A stretch of DNA of 64,000 bases from an uncultured Actinomycetes bacterium (GTDB lineage Bacteria; Actinomycetota; Actinomycetes; Nanopelagicales; Nanopelagicaceae): the NCBI GenBank assembly GCA_903825945.1, contig CAIKCJ010000018.1:737-64736 (forward strand), in the 5' to 3' direction. Positions 18,894 through 29,356 of the stretch are shown in pieces. Under the pieces are notes generated by a model that saw nothing but the letters and a program-made list of their open reading frames with translations, searched no databases and was not told the DNA's origin. Positions within the stretch are counted from its first letter, which is position 1. The number at the start of each line of letters is the position of its first letter. Both the position numbers and the translations under genes were made by a program.

Positions 18894-19217
18894 TTAAAGC
18901 GGACGTGCCCCATATTGGTTATCGTCACCGCTGGGTGAAACAAGAAAAATAAAATTAACGATCGGAAGCAATAGCCACCAACCAGGATGTCCACTGTCAT
19001 GCATGCGTCGAATTCCAACGCAGAGTGTAGGAATTGCAATAGCGAGGGTAACAACCGTCTCTAGCAACGTTCCAGTCTTTGATAGTGAAGCATCGATGAT
19101 GGCAGCCCCGTACACCGCAATAATTGTGAAGAGATACCAGTACCAATATTCAGAGCGAGTAGAACGGCCTTTGAAATCTCCATATTTGGCAAAGCCAAGT
19201 CTTACTGCGTTGATCAT
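18894..19217 (-). CDS. DUF805-domain inner-membrane protein
   Basis: GRSTRSEYWYWYLF and IRRMHDSGHPGWWLLL are DUF805 hallmarks. Confidence 0.8.
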   Translation of the reverse strand: MINAVRLGFAKYGDFKGRSTRSEYWYWYLFTIIAVYGAAIIDASLSKTGTLLETVVTLAIAIPTLCVGIRRMHDSGHPGWWLLLPIVNFIFLVSPSGDDNQYGARPL

Positions 19218-19372
19218 GAGTTAAGTCTAGGAGCAATCGCTGTGGTTCCACGTATTGCAATACCTCTCTCCAAAGATTTATTATTTGTGGACTCACTCAA
19301 GGCGCCACAAAAGGTGAAATATTCTCGCTCACGTTCGTTTCATCATGCTCAGCTACTACACGGAGGAAGACA

Positions 19373-21085
19373 ATGGGATTATCTGCCGACAAAGATTGGT
19401 GGCGACAAGCTGCGATCTACCAGATCTATCCACGCAGTTTCAAAGATTCAAACGGAGATGGCTTAGGTGATGTTAATGGCATTACTTCAAAAGCTAAGTA
19501 TCTGAAGTCACTCAGTCTTGATGCCGTCTGGTTAAGTCCGTTCTATCCATCTCCACTTGCTGACGGTGGTTACGATGTTGCTGACTATCGAAATGTAGAT
19601 CCACGTCTCGGCACGCTTGAAGATTTTGATGCGATGGTGAAAGTTCTCCATAAAGAAAATATCCGCGTATTTGTAGACATCGTCCCCAATCACTCATCAG
19701 ATCAGCACCCATGGTTCCAGGAAGCGCTGGCATCTAAGCCTGGCTCTAAGGCGCGCGAGCGCTATATCTTCCGTGATGGCAAAGGTAAAAATGGTGAGTT
19801 GCCACCCAATGATTGGGTTTCACATTTTGCGCCATCGGCATGGACTCGCTCGATTAACCCAGATGGAACTCCAGGCCAGTGGTATCTGCACCTCTTTGCA
19901 CCTGAGCAACCTGACTTCAATTGGGATAATCGCGAAGTCCAGCTCGATTTCATTAAGACTCTACGCTTTTGGTCTGATCGTGGCGTAGATGGATTTCGCA
20001 TCGATGTCGCACACGCGCTGAAGAAAGATATGAGCAAGCTCAATAAGTCCTACCCAAAGATTGACTCCTTCGGAATCACGCTCAAAGGAAACGACATCCT
20101 CTTCGACCGCGACGAGGTGCACGAGATTTATCGTGAATGGCGCAAAGTATTTAATGAATACAGCCCACCACGAGTTGCAGTGGCGGAGGCTAATATCCAA
20201 GCTCCGCGGCGCGTTCTCTATGCGCGCCCAGATGAGCTGGGTCAAGCATTTAACTTTGACCTTCTAGCCGCTCCGTACGATGCTCGCACTTACAAACGGA
20301 TTGTTTCGGAAAATATTGAGCTTGCAAAGACGGAGGGCTCATCGTCTACCTGGGTGCTCAATAATCACGATCAAGTGCGCCAGCCAACCAAACTTGGACT
20401 TCCTAAGGGAACCAAACTCAATGAATGGTTGCTCTCAGATGGCAAAGATGCAGTTCTGGATAAGAAACTCGGACTAGCTCGAGCCAAAGCCGCTGCTCTC
20501 TTTACGATGGCGTTGCCTGGCTGCGTGTACATCTATCAAGGTGAGGAGCTTGGGCTCTTTGAAGTAGAGGATCTCAAGCATCAAGATTTGCAAGATCCAA
20601 TCTGGTCTCGCAATATCGTCACCAAACGCCAGAGCGCTTTCTTTAAGGGTTACGGAAAGAATGTAAAAGGCGTTGCTGTTGTCCACGTCGATAAAGGCCG
20701 CGATGGTTGCCGAGTTCCGCTTCCATGGACAATCACTGGCAAGTCATTTGGTTTTGGAACTGGCGGTTCGCACCTACCGCAGCCTCGCTGGTTTAGAGAC
20801 TTTGCCGTAGAGGCACAAAGTGGGCAGAAAGATTCAACCCTAGAGATCTATCGTCAAGCGCTGGCAGCACGAAAGAAATATCAGTCGACCGAAGATCTCA
20901 TCTGGGAAAAGACAGGTGACCCGCAGGTACTCCACTTCAAGCGAGCCAACGGATGGCACTGCATCATGAATTTTGATGGGGATGCCTACCCCCTACCTAA
21001 AGGTGAAATTGTGGTGAGTAGCGGAAAACTCTCGGGCAATAAAGTTCCGAAAAATACCTGTGTCTGGGTTAAAGCCATAGCCTAA
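19373..21085 (+). CDS. GH13 alpha-glucosidase / oligo-1,6-glucosidase family
   Basis: GH13 conserved regions VFVDIVPNHSS, GVDGFRIDVAHAL, VAVAEA and WVLNNHDQVR. GGAGGA RBS. Confidence 0.85.
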   Translation: MGLSADKDWWRQAAIYQIYPRSFKDSNGDGLGDVNGITSKAKYLKSLSLDAVWLSPFYPSPLADGGYDVADYRNVDPRLGTLEDFDAMVKVLHKENIRVFVDIVPNHSSDQHPWFQEALASKPGSKARERYIFRDGKGKNGELPPNDWVSHFAPSAWTRSINPDGTPGQWYLHLFAPEQPDFNWDNREVQLDFIKTLRFWSDRGVDGFRIDVAHALKKDMSKLNKSYPKIDSFGITLKGNDILFDRDEVHEIYREWRKVFNEYSPPRVAVAEANIQAPRRVLYARPDELGQAFNFDLLAAPYDARTYKRIVSENIELAKTEGSSSTWVLNNHDQVRQPTKLGLPKGTKLNEWLLSDGKDAVLDKKLGLARAKAAALFTMALPGCVYIYQGEELGLFEVEDLKHQDLQDPIWSRNIVTKRQSAFFKGYGKNVKGVAVVHVDKGRDGCRVPLPWTITGKSFGFGTGGSHLPQPRWFRDFAVEAQSGQKDSTLEIYRQALAARKKYQSTEDLIWEKTGDPQVLHFKRANGWHCIMNFDGDAYPLPKGEIVVSSGKLSGNKVPKNTCVWVKAIA

Positions 21086-21112
21086 GCACGGTGCAGGCAA
21101 TAAGGTTGCGAT

Positions 21113-21799
21113 ATGGGAAAGCACATAACCTTTGAAAATAACGGAGTTGCAGGACAGGGCTATCTCTCACTTCCAGATAGCGGAAGCGGCCCTGCCGTCA
21201 TTGTGATTCAAGAGTGGTGGGGTCTAGTTGGCCACATTACAGATGTCGTCGATAGATTCGCCGCCGCAGGTTTCCTCGCATTTGCTCCCGATCTCTATCA
21301 CGGCCAGGCAGCAAGTGAGCCAGACACAGCAAAGAAATTAATGATGGAGCTTCAGCTCGATCTCGCTGGCAAAGAGATGACTGCTGCGGCCTCATATTTA
21401 CTTGCGCTACCGGAAACAACAACAAGTCATGTTGGCGTAGTGGGATTTTGCATGGGTGGATCACTTGCAATCTGGAGTGCAACTCTGAGCGAGAAGATCG
21501 ATGCAGCTGTTGCGTTCTATCCAGGTTCATCTTGGGAGCGTCATGCCCCAGAATGGAAGAATTTCTTGGGTAAATCGGCACTTATTCATTGCGCAGAGGG
21601 TGATGGCACCTCCAGCGCACATGGCATCCAGGAAGCACTTCGCGAGATTAAAGCTACAGGTGGAGTTGTCACGGCTTATGACTACCCAGGAACGCAGCAC
21701 GCCTTCTTTAATGATGAACGCCCAGAAGTTTATTCAGAATTAGCTGCAGCACTGGCTTGGGAGCGTACTCTTGATTTCTTCTTTAACAACGTGAAATAA
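21113..21799 (+). CDS. Dienelactone hydrolase family protein
   Basis: Nucleophile motif GFCMGG, a C-terminal HAF, and about 228 aa. Confidence 0.8.
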   Translation: MGKHITFENNGVAGQGYLSLPDSGSGPAVIVIQEWWGLVGHITDVVDRFAAAGFLAFAPDLYHGQAASEPDTAKKLMMELQLDLAGKEMTAAASYLLALPETTTSHVGVVGFCMGGSLAIWSATLSEKIDAAVAFYPGSSWERHAPEWKNFLGKSALIHCAEGDGTSSAHGIQEALREIKATGGVVTAYDYPGTQHAFFNDERPEVYSELAAALAWERTLDFFFNNVK

Positions 21800-21811
21800 G
21801 ATAATAAGACT

Positions 21812-22459
21812 TTGTACATTCCTCATAAATTTGTCGTGACAGAGTGGGAGGAAATCACTCGTTTCGCACACTCCACGCGCGCAGCAGATGTAGTGACAGT
21901 GTCACCAGATGGCACACCAATCTCAACGCTGATGCCTTTTCTCTGGGATCAGAGCGAGATGAGCGATACATATTTTGGCAAACTCGTTATGCATATGGCA
22001 CGAGCCAACCCACAGTGGAAGAGTGTCACATCTGATACTAAGGCGCTTGCGATAGTGCGTGGTCAGCAGGCCTATATTTCTCCGACTAATTATGAGAGAA
22101 AGTTGGAAGACCACAAAGTTGTACCAACCTGGAATTATCAATCACTTCACCTCAGTGGAACGTTAGAAGTAAGCGAAGATCGAGAGTTGCTTCGCACAAT
22201 CGTTACTGACTTAACGGCATTTCATGAGAAGGACCGTGAAGATTCTTGGCGGGTAGCGCAGGCGGACCAGGAGTACATCGAACTCGAACTCAAGGGAATT
22301 GTCGCTGTGATTTTGCACATCACATCGGTGGAAGCGAAATACAAACTCAGCCAGAATAAATCAGAGGCCGATCAGAGCCGAGTTATTAAAGATTTGGAAA
22401 AGTCCGCGATACCAGGTGAGGCTCACCTTGCTTCAGAGATGCGCAAGCTCCAGCCTTAG
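21812..22459 (+). CDS. FMN-binding negative transcriptional regulator (PaiB family)
   Basis: Family-like stretches VPTWNYQSLHLSG and KLSQNK. TTG start. Confidence 0.65.
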   Translation: MYIPHKFVVTEWEEITRFAHSTRAADVVTVSPDGTPISTLMPFLWDQSEMSDTYFGKLVMHMARANPQWKSVTSDTKALAIVRGQQAYISPTNYERKLEDHKVVPTWNYQSLHLSGTLEVSEDRELLRTIVTDLTAFHEKDREDSWRVAQADQEYIELELKGIVAVILHITSVEAKYKLSQNKSEADQSRVIKDLEKSAIPGEAHLASEMRKLQP

Positions 22460-22899
22460 ACTCCGATATCTTCATTCCAGACTTCGGGTTTTTCTGCAAT
22501 GAATTTTGCCATCATGTCTTTGCACTCTTGCGAGTTGAGATTTATTACTTCAACACCATGAGACCGCAGAAGATCCTCTGCTCCCATAAAAGTTTCATTC
22601 TCACCTAGGATCACGCGCGGAATTCCATAGAGCAGGATCGCACCAGTGCACATATGGCAGGGGGAGAGCGTGGTGTACATAGTTGCCTTCTGATAAACAG
22701 ACGCTGGCAGGCGGCCAATATTCTCCAGACAATCAGTCTCGCCATGGCGGATAGCGCTGCCAAGCTGAACTCGCTTGTTGTAGCCGACTCCAAGGACTTT
22801 GCCATCAACGACGAGAGCCCCTCCAATAGGGACGCCACCTTCGCCGCCACCTTGTCGAGCAGCTTGAATGGCAAAATCGAGAAAATGTTGGTCGTCCAT
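22456..22899 (-). CDS. Cytosine deaminase, CMP/dCMP-deaminase zinc-binding fold (Fcy1-type)
   Basis: Zinc motifs HGETD and SPCHMCTGA. I chose the ATG at 22899 (MDDQHF...) with AAGAGAG upstream instead of the track start at 22983. Confidence 0.75.
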   Translation of the reverse strand: MDDQHFLDFAIQAARQGGGEGGVPIGGALVVDGKVLGVGYNKRVQLGSAIRHGETDCLENIGRLPASVYQKATMYTTLSPCHMCTGAILLYGIPRVILGENETFMGAEDLLRSHGVEVINLNSQECKDMMAKFIAEKPEVWNEDIGV

Positions 22900-23080
22900 G
22901 GCTCTCTTTCGACTCTTATGGGCAGCTTCTGTCGGCGTAACTTTATGCTTAAAACAACCCTCAGGAAACCCCCAAGTAACCAATTTTGCCTATACGGTTC
23001 ACCTATTCCCTCGGTCTATGAGCCGTCATTTCATACGGGGTCGCAAACACCCCCGAGAACAAAATTAGGAGAGAAGACGC

Positions 23081-24508
23081 ATGTCTAATCTAGAAATTCG
23101 CGAAGGTGAGTACGGGGCAAAGGTCCTCGCACTCGAACCAGGCGGCATTGAAGCAATTTCAGAGAAAGAGCGCCATGGAAAGGCTCGCAACCTCTTTGCG
23201 ACCTGGATGAGCCCAAATCTTGAATTCGCCACAATGTTCGTCGGAGTACTTGCCGTTGCAGTATTCGGATTGAGCTTTGCTCAGGCTGTACTAGCTATTG
23301 TCATCGGAAATGCACTTGGAGCATCTGCTCAGTTCATTTTGACTCAAGATGGTCCGCGCTATGGCGTCCCACAGATGGTTCTCAGCCGTTCAGCATTCGG
23401 AAAGCTTGGCAACATTTTGCCATCAGTAGCTAACGCAGGCGCAGCCGGTATCGGCTGGTTCGCGGTCAACAGCGTCTCTGGTGCATGGGCCCTTTCTAGC
23501 CTTACAAAAAATCACCTACATGTGATCCCTAGCTTGGTCATCGTCGTTCTTATCCAAGTAACCGTTGCCTTCATTGGTCACAACTTGGTTCTTGTTGTAG
23601 AGCGCTACCTATTTCCTTACTTGATCGTGATTTTTGGTGTTGCTTGTGTGTATGTCCTAACAAGCTCTCATCTACACCTTGGTGCTGCTGGTGCAGGTAA
23701 GACACCTGGTGGATTTTTGATCACTGTTGCATCTGTCTTCGGATATGCAGCTGGTTGGAACCCATTCGCAGCTGACTACGCTCGCTACCTTCCTAAGAGC
23801 GAAAAGCCTAAGACTGCTGGTTTCTTCGCCGGCTTTGGTCTCTTCTTCTCTGCTGCAGTTCTTGAAATCGTTGGTGCAGCCGCAGCAACCGCAGGCAACG
23901 GAACTGGCTTCGATAGCAGCTCTAACCCAACAGGTGGCATCGTCGGATTCATGCCAGGTTGGCTCGGCAAGCTATTCCTGCTTGGAGTAGTCGGCGGATC
24001 TATCTGCGCAAACGTTTTGAACATTTACTCTGGCTCAATGTCATTCCTGACAATCGGAGTCAAGCTCGGAAGTAATATCCGTCGCGGACTTTTCGCTACG
24101 ATCTTTGGTGTCGCTGGTTTCTTCTTGGCTAAGTCAGCTATGGGAAATCCAAATAACAACTACACCAACTTCCTATTGACCATGTCCTATTGGATCGGAC
24201 CTTGGTTGGGCGTCATCATGGCAGACAAGTTCCTGCGCAAGGGTGCTTCCGTTGAGAAGTTGCTTTACTCAAAGCGCGAAAACTGGGCTGGTCCAGTCTC
24301 ATTTGTGATCGCAATTGGTTTTGCAATCTGGGGCTTCGTCAATCAGACCTGGAATACCGGCAATCCAAAGAATCCAACCGATTACATCAACGGTTACTTT
24401 GTGCAACATCATCCTAAGATCGGTGATCTCACCTTCTGGGTTGGATTTATCGTTGCATTCGTACTTTATGTAATCCTTGCTGGCAAGAAAGTTAAAGCTG
24501 AAAAGTAG
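23081..24508 (+). CDS. NCS1-family nucleobase (cytosine/purine-type) permease
   Basis: 475 aa, about 12 TM, with an NCS1-like N-terminus ...ERHGKARNLFATWMSPNLEF. Divergent from the cytosine deaminase gene. Confidence 0.8.
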   Translation: MSNLEIREGEYGAKVLALEPGGIEAISEKERHGKARNLFATWMSPNLEFATMFVGVLAVAVFGLSFAQAVLAIVIGNALGASAQFILTQDGPRYGVPQMVLSRSAFGKLGNILPSVANAGAAGIGWFAVNSVSGAWALSSLTKNHLHVIPSLVIVVLIQVTVAFIGHNLVLVVERYLFPYLIVIFGVACVYVLTSSHLHLGAAGAGKTPGGFLITVASVFGYAAGWNPFAADYARYLPKSEKPKTAGFFAGFGLFFSAAVLEIVGAAAATAGNGTGFDSSSNPTGGIVGFMPGWLGKLFLLGVVGGSICANVLNIYSGSMSFLTIGVKLGSNIRRGLFATIFGVAGFFLAKSAMGNPNNNYTNFLLTMSYWIGPWLGVIMADKFLRKGASVEKLLYSKRENWAGPVSFVIAIGFAIWGFVNQTWNTGNPKNPTDYINGYFVQHHPKIGDLTFWVGFIVAFVLYVILAGKKVKAEK

Positions 24509-24517
24509 TCAGCACTA

Positions 24518-25985
<1,468 letters not shown>

Positions 25986-26021
25986 CTATACACCTACAGA
26001 TCTGCTCGCTATGGTTGTTCT

Positions 26022-26336
26022 ATGTTCGGCATCGGCTTCGAGAAGCTCTTCGTGCTCGCCTTATTGGGCGCTTTTCTCGTTGGGCCTGATCGCCTACCTA
26101 AAGTCGCGGCGGATCTTGCCCGATTTATCCAGAAAATGAGGGCCCTTGGTCAGCAAGCGGCGAGTGAACTAAAAGACCAGCTTGGCCCTGAGTTTGCCAA
26201 CCTCAACACCGATGATCTCAATCCCAAGCAGTTTATAAAGAACAATCTTGATGAGATCTCACAAAGCTTAGATCCCATCAAGAATGAACTTACTTTGCCT
26301 AAATCAGAGTCGAGAATTGACCCTGATCTTCTTTAG
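26022..26336 (+). CDS. tatB: Twin-arginine translocase subunit TatB
   Basis: MFGIGFEKLFVLALLGAFLVGPDRLPKVA matches the TatB N-terminal TM plus amphipathic helix pattern. Confidence 0.7.
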   Translation: MFGIGFEKLFVLALLGAFLVGPDRLPKVAADLARFIQKMRALGQQAASELKDQLGPEFANLNTDDLNPKQFIKNNLDEISQSLDPIKNELTLPKSESRIDPDLL

Positions 26337-28447
26337 TCGACTTTAATTTTTGGAAGACGCTTCTCAAGAAACGCTGGCAACCACCAGTTAGCGCGACCCC
26401 ACCATTGCATCAACGCAGGAACGAGCGCTGAGCGAATGATTGTGGCATCGAATGCAACAGCCGCTGCTAATCCAATTCCAAATTCTTGAATAACGCGTTC
26501 TCCGCCAAAGACGAATGCTGCAAAGACTGAGAACATGATGGTTGCAGCCGCAGTAATAACGCCACCGGTCGCGGCTAATCCACGACGAACTGCTGCCGAG
26601 TTGTCACCAGAGATGAGGTACTCCTCTTGAATTCTCGAAACTAAGAAGACTTCGTAGTCCATCGATAGTCCAAAGAGAATTGCAAAGAGCATAACTGGCA
26701 AAAATGCTTCGACGGGGCCGCCCTTAATGTGAAGCAGTGATCCACCCCAACCCCATTGGAATACTGCAACGAGAACACCAAATGCAGCGCCAATTGAGAG
26801 AATGTTCATGGCCGCAGCTTTGAGTGGAATCAAGAGTGAGCGGAATAAGAACATCAACAAGATGAAGCTCAACAGAACAACTGAACCAATGAAGAGTGGC
26901 AACTTGCTATCTAGTACATGAGCGAAATCCGCAAAGATTGCAGTTGTTCCACCGACGTAAACCTTAATAGCTGATGATCCCATCGCGCTTGGAATCGTCG
27001 TGCTGCGCAGGCGACTGATCAGATCATTCGTTGCTTGTGATTCAGGTGAACTCTTTGGGAAGACTGTAATGATCGCAAGCTTGCCATCGGGTGTTGGTAG
27101 CGCTGGACTTACGGTTGCAGCATCTGGATCTGACTTAAGTGCTGTATCGAGTGCTGTAAGTGGAGCTTGATCGGCGCCTTGAGGTACAGATGCAACGATG
27201 GACAGTGGTCCTGAATAACCAGCTCCAAATCCCTTCGCTAGCAAGTCATATGCAGCGCGGGTAGTTGTTCCCTTTGCATCATTGCCGGAGTCGGCTGATC
27301 CCAAACGAATACTTGCTGCTGGGATACAGAGTGCGCCGAGAATGACTGCTGCCGCTAGCGCTACGCGAACAGGACGCTTTTGTACGGCTGTAGACCAGCG
27401 TGCCCAAAGGCCCTTTTCGATGTCATGAGTCTTCTTGCGGCGACCAGGTAGGGAGAATTTGTCGATGCGATGGCCGACCATGCCGAGCAGTGCTGGCAAC
27501 AGTGTGATCGCGGCTGACATGGTGACAAGAACTGATAAAGCAGCAGCAATAGCAACGCCATAGAGGAAACTTACGTGAACGGTAAAGAGACCAAGTAGAG
27601 CAATGCAGACGATAATTCCAGCAAAGAGCACTGCGCGACCAGATGTCCGTACGGCAGTTTTCACTGAATCTTCAACAGTTGCGCCACCATGAAGTTCTTG
27701 TCGAAAGCGGGTCACAATAAAGAGGGCATAGTCGATTCCAACACCAAGTCCAACAAGTGCCGCCAAGATAGGAGCGAACTGTGCAGTCGAGAAGATATGA
27801 CTGAAGAGCCCAACGCCGCTTGAAAGAATTCCGAGTCCAACGACAGCGACAAAGAGTGGAACCAAGGTTGCAACAACAGAGCCAAAAGTAATCAACAAGA
27901 TAATTGCAGCCATCAAGAGTGCGATACCTTCAGATGATCCAGGCTTTGTTTGATTGGCTTGTTGCACTACTTGACCTAGGAGCTCAACTTCCAACTTAGG
28001 ACTTTGGAAACTCTGCGCATCTTTAATAATTGTCTTCACCGCAGCATCGGGGATATCTCTTCCTGTTCCGTTGAGATAAACAGTTGCAAATGCGACTGTG
28101 CCATCAGCACTGATAGATCGTGCCGCAGCAGCAAACGGCGAGACGACCTGAGTGATAGTCGGGGCAAGTGTTTGGAGTTTTGCCACAACAGGATCAAGCT
28201 CGCCCGGAGTGAGGACTGATCCATCTCTAGAGGCGAAGACAACTTGTATACTTGCTCCGCTTTCCTGCTTTTGATACTTCATCAAGAGGTTGAGTGCGGT
28301 TGTGCTCTCCGTATTAGGCAGTGTGAATGAATCACTATATGCAGTGCCAGCTTTCTGACTCCAGGTGGTGATGCCTACGAGAAGTAGGATCCAGACTAAA
28401 GCGGTGAGCTTGCGGTGCTTGTAAACAAAATTACCCAAACCTGACAC
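26333..28447 (-). CDS. MMPL-family (RND superfamily) transporter
   Basis: 704 aa with two 6-TM bundles and two extracytoplasmic domains. GIDYALFIVTRFRQE and SMDYEVFLVSRIQEE repeats are typical of MMPL. Confidence 0.85.
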   Translation of the reverse strand: MSGLGNFVYKHRKLTALVWILLLVGITTWSQKAGTAYSDSFTLPNTESTTALNLLMKYQKQESGASIQVVFASRDGSVLTPGELDPVVAKLQTLAPTITQVVSPFAAAARSISADGTVAFATVYLNGTGRDIPDAAVKTIIKDAQSFQSPKLEVELLGQVVQQANQTKPGSSEGIALLMAAIILLITFGSVVATLVPLFVAVVGLGILSSGVGLFSHIFSTAQFAPILAALVGLGVGIDYALFIVTRFRQELHGGATVEDSVKTAVRTSGRAVLFAGIIVCIALLGLFTVHVSFLYGVAIAAALSVLVTMSAAITLLPALLGMVGHRIDKFSLPGRRKKTHDIEKGLWARWSTAVQKRPVRVALAAAVILGALCIPAASIRLGSADSGNDAKGTTTRAAYDLLAKGFGAGYSGPLSIVASVPQGADQAPLTALDTALKSDPDAATVSPALPTPDGKLAIITVFPKSSPESQATNDLISRLRSTTIPSAMGSSAIKVYVGGTTAIFADFAHVLDSKLPLFIGSVVLLSFILLMFLFRSLLIPLKAAAMNILSIGAAFGVLVAVFQWGWGGSLLHIKGGPVEAFLPVMLFAILFGLSMDYEVFLVSRIQEEYLISGDNSAAVRRGLAATGGVITAAATIMFSVFAAFVFGGERVIQEFGIGLAAAVAFDATIIRSALVPALMQWWGRANWWLPAFLEKRLPKIKVD

Positions 28448-28506
28448 GACTAACGACCTCTCGAAAGTTTAAACTAGATATAAATAAATAGTGAAAGCTG
28501 AAAAAG

Positions 28507-28614
28507 TTAGTTCTTGCCGGCTTTCTTCTCTTGCTTAGCAGCACGCTTTTCTTTAAGGGAAAGCTTTGGTTCCTTTTTGGTATTTGCGTTGCTTTTCTGT
28601 TCTTTGTTAGCCAT
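28507..28614 (-). CDS. Small highly basic protein (35 aa), absent from the ORF track
   Basis: My translation: MANKEQKSNANTKKEPKLSLKEKRAAKQEKKAGKN. AAAGGAG lies 6 nt upstream of the ATG (28614). TAA stop at 28507-28509. It is co-oriented with the MMPL gene and 59 bp upstream of it. Confidence 0.5.
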   Translation of the reverse strand: MANKEQKSNANTKKEPKLSLKEKRAAKQEKKAGKN

Positions 28615-28683
28615 GGCCAACTCCTTTAAATAGAGGATGGAAATAGGTCCGTACTTACTTCACAGTTTAGTCGCTAGCCATGC

Positions 28684-28717
28684 AAAAGCCCCGCTGAGTA
28701 ATATCAGCGGGGCTTTT
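28684..28717 (-). terminator. Intrinsic terminator after the oxidase operon
   Basis: AGCCCCGCTGA, loop GTAATA, TCAGCGGGGCT. A-run and T-run flanks make it look bidirectional. On the minus strand it is followed by TTTT. Confidence 0.7.
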
Positions 28718-28750
28718 GAGAGCCTTCAGAGCGCTATGCGCTCCTGAGAG

Positions 28751-29356
28751 TTACTTGAAAGAAGCCGCAATCGCACAGAGAATGCCTGAAATTGCAATCC
28801 AGGTAAACCATGAGCCAGCGGTACGTTGGCGCCACTCTTCCAAAACAGGATCGAGCTTGGTGCGGTAGCCACGGATTACGAGTCCAAGGGCAACGAAAGC
28901 GCCAAGTAGATAGTGGAACATGTTCGCTCCAGCTACCAAAACCCAGTTTGAGGCATATGCGCCGTTGTAGAACGGACGACCATTGTCATCATGAGCAATA
29001 AATGGCATATGCGCCATCTGGTGCCACTGATAAACCGCTCCAATCAATAGCGCGAGGAAGACGACGATTGATGAAACTCGACGCAAGCCATGGTTCATTT
29101 CGCCGGCACGGTGAGCTAGGGCCGCAATGATGAGGCCGATAGCCGCCGTGTATCCGGAGGCTGTTGTGAAGGTGTGAACACCTTTAGGCAACCAGGCGTT
29201 GTTTTCGTTGAGGTTACGAAGATAGAACCACGAGAACATCATGCCGAAGACGAAAGATCCGTCTGCGACGATGAGAAGTCGTACGCCTAGGCGTTCACGA
29301 CGTCCAACCTTCTCTGCTGAATCGTGATGGATATGAAACTCAGTGTCAGTTGACAT
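28751..29356 (-). CDS. ctaE: Heme-copper oxidase subunit III-like protein (divergent)
   Basis: 201 aa, about 5 TM, positioned directly after subunit I with an ATGA overlap. Only weak family resemblance (FHYLLGAFVALG). Confidence 0.55.
   Translation of the reverse strand: MSTDTEFHIHHDSAEKVGRRERLGVRLLIVADGSFVFGMMFSWFYLRNLNENNAWLPKGVHTFTTASGYTAAIGLIIAALAHRAGEMNHGLRRVSSIVVFLALLIGAVYQWHQMAHMPFIAHDDNGRPFYNGAYASNWVLVAGANMFHYLLGAFVALGLVIRGYRTKLDPVLEEWRQRTAGSWFTWIAISGILCAIAASFK

Noticed and set aside
22900-23080. Possible nucleobase or TPP-type riboswitch in the 181-bp deaminase/NCS1-permease divergent region
   Set aside because: There is no recognisable purine-riboswitch or TPP (CTGAGA / ACCTGA) core, only short ad hoc stems. 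It is most simply a divergent promoter region.
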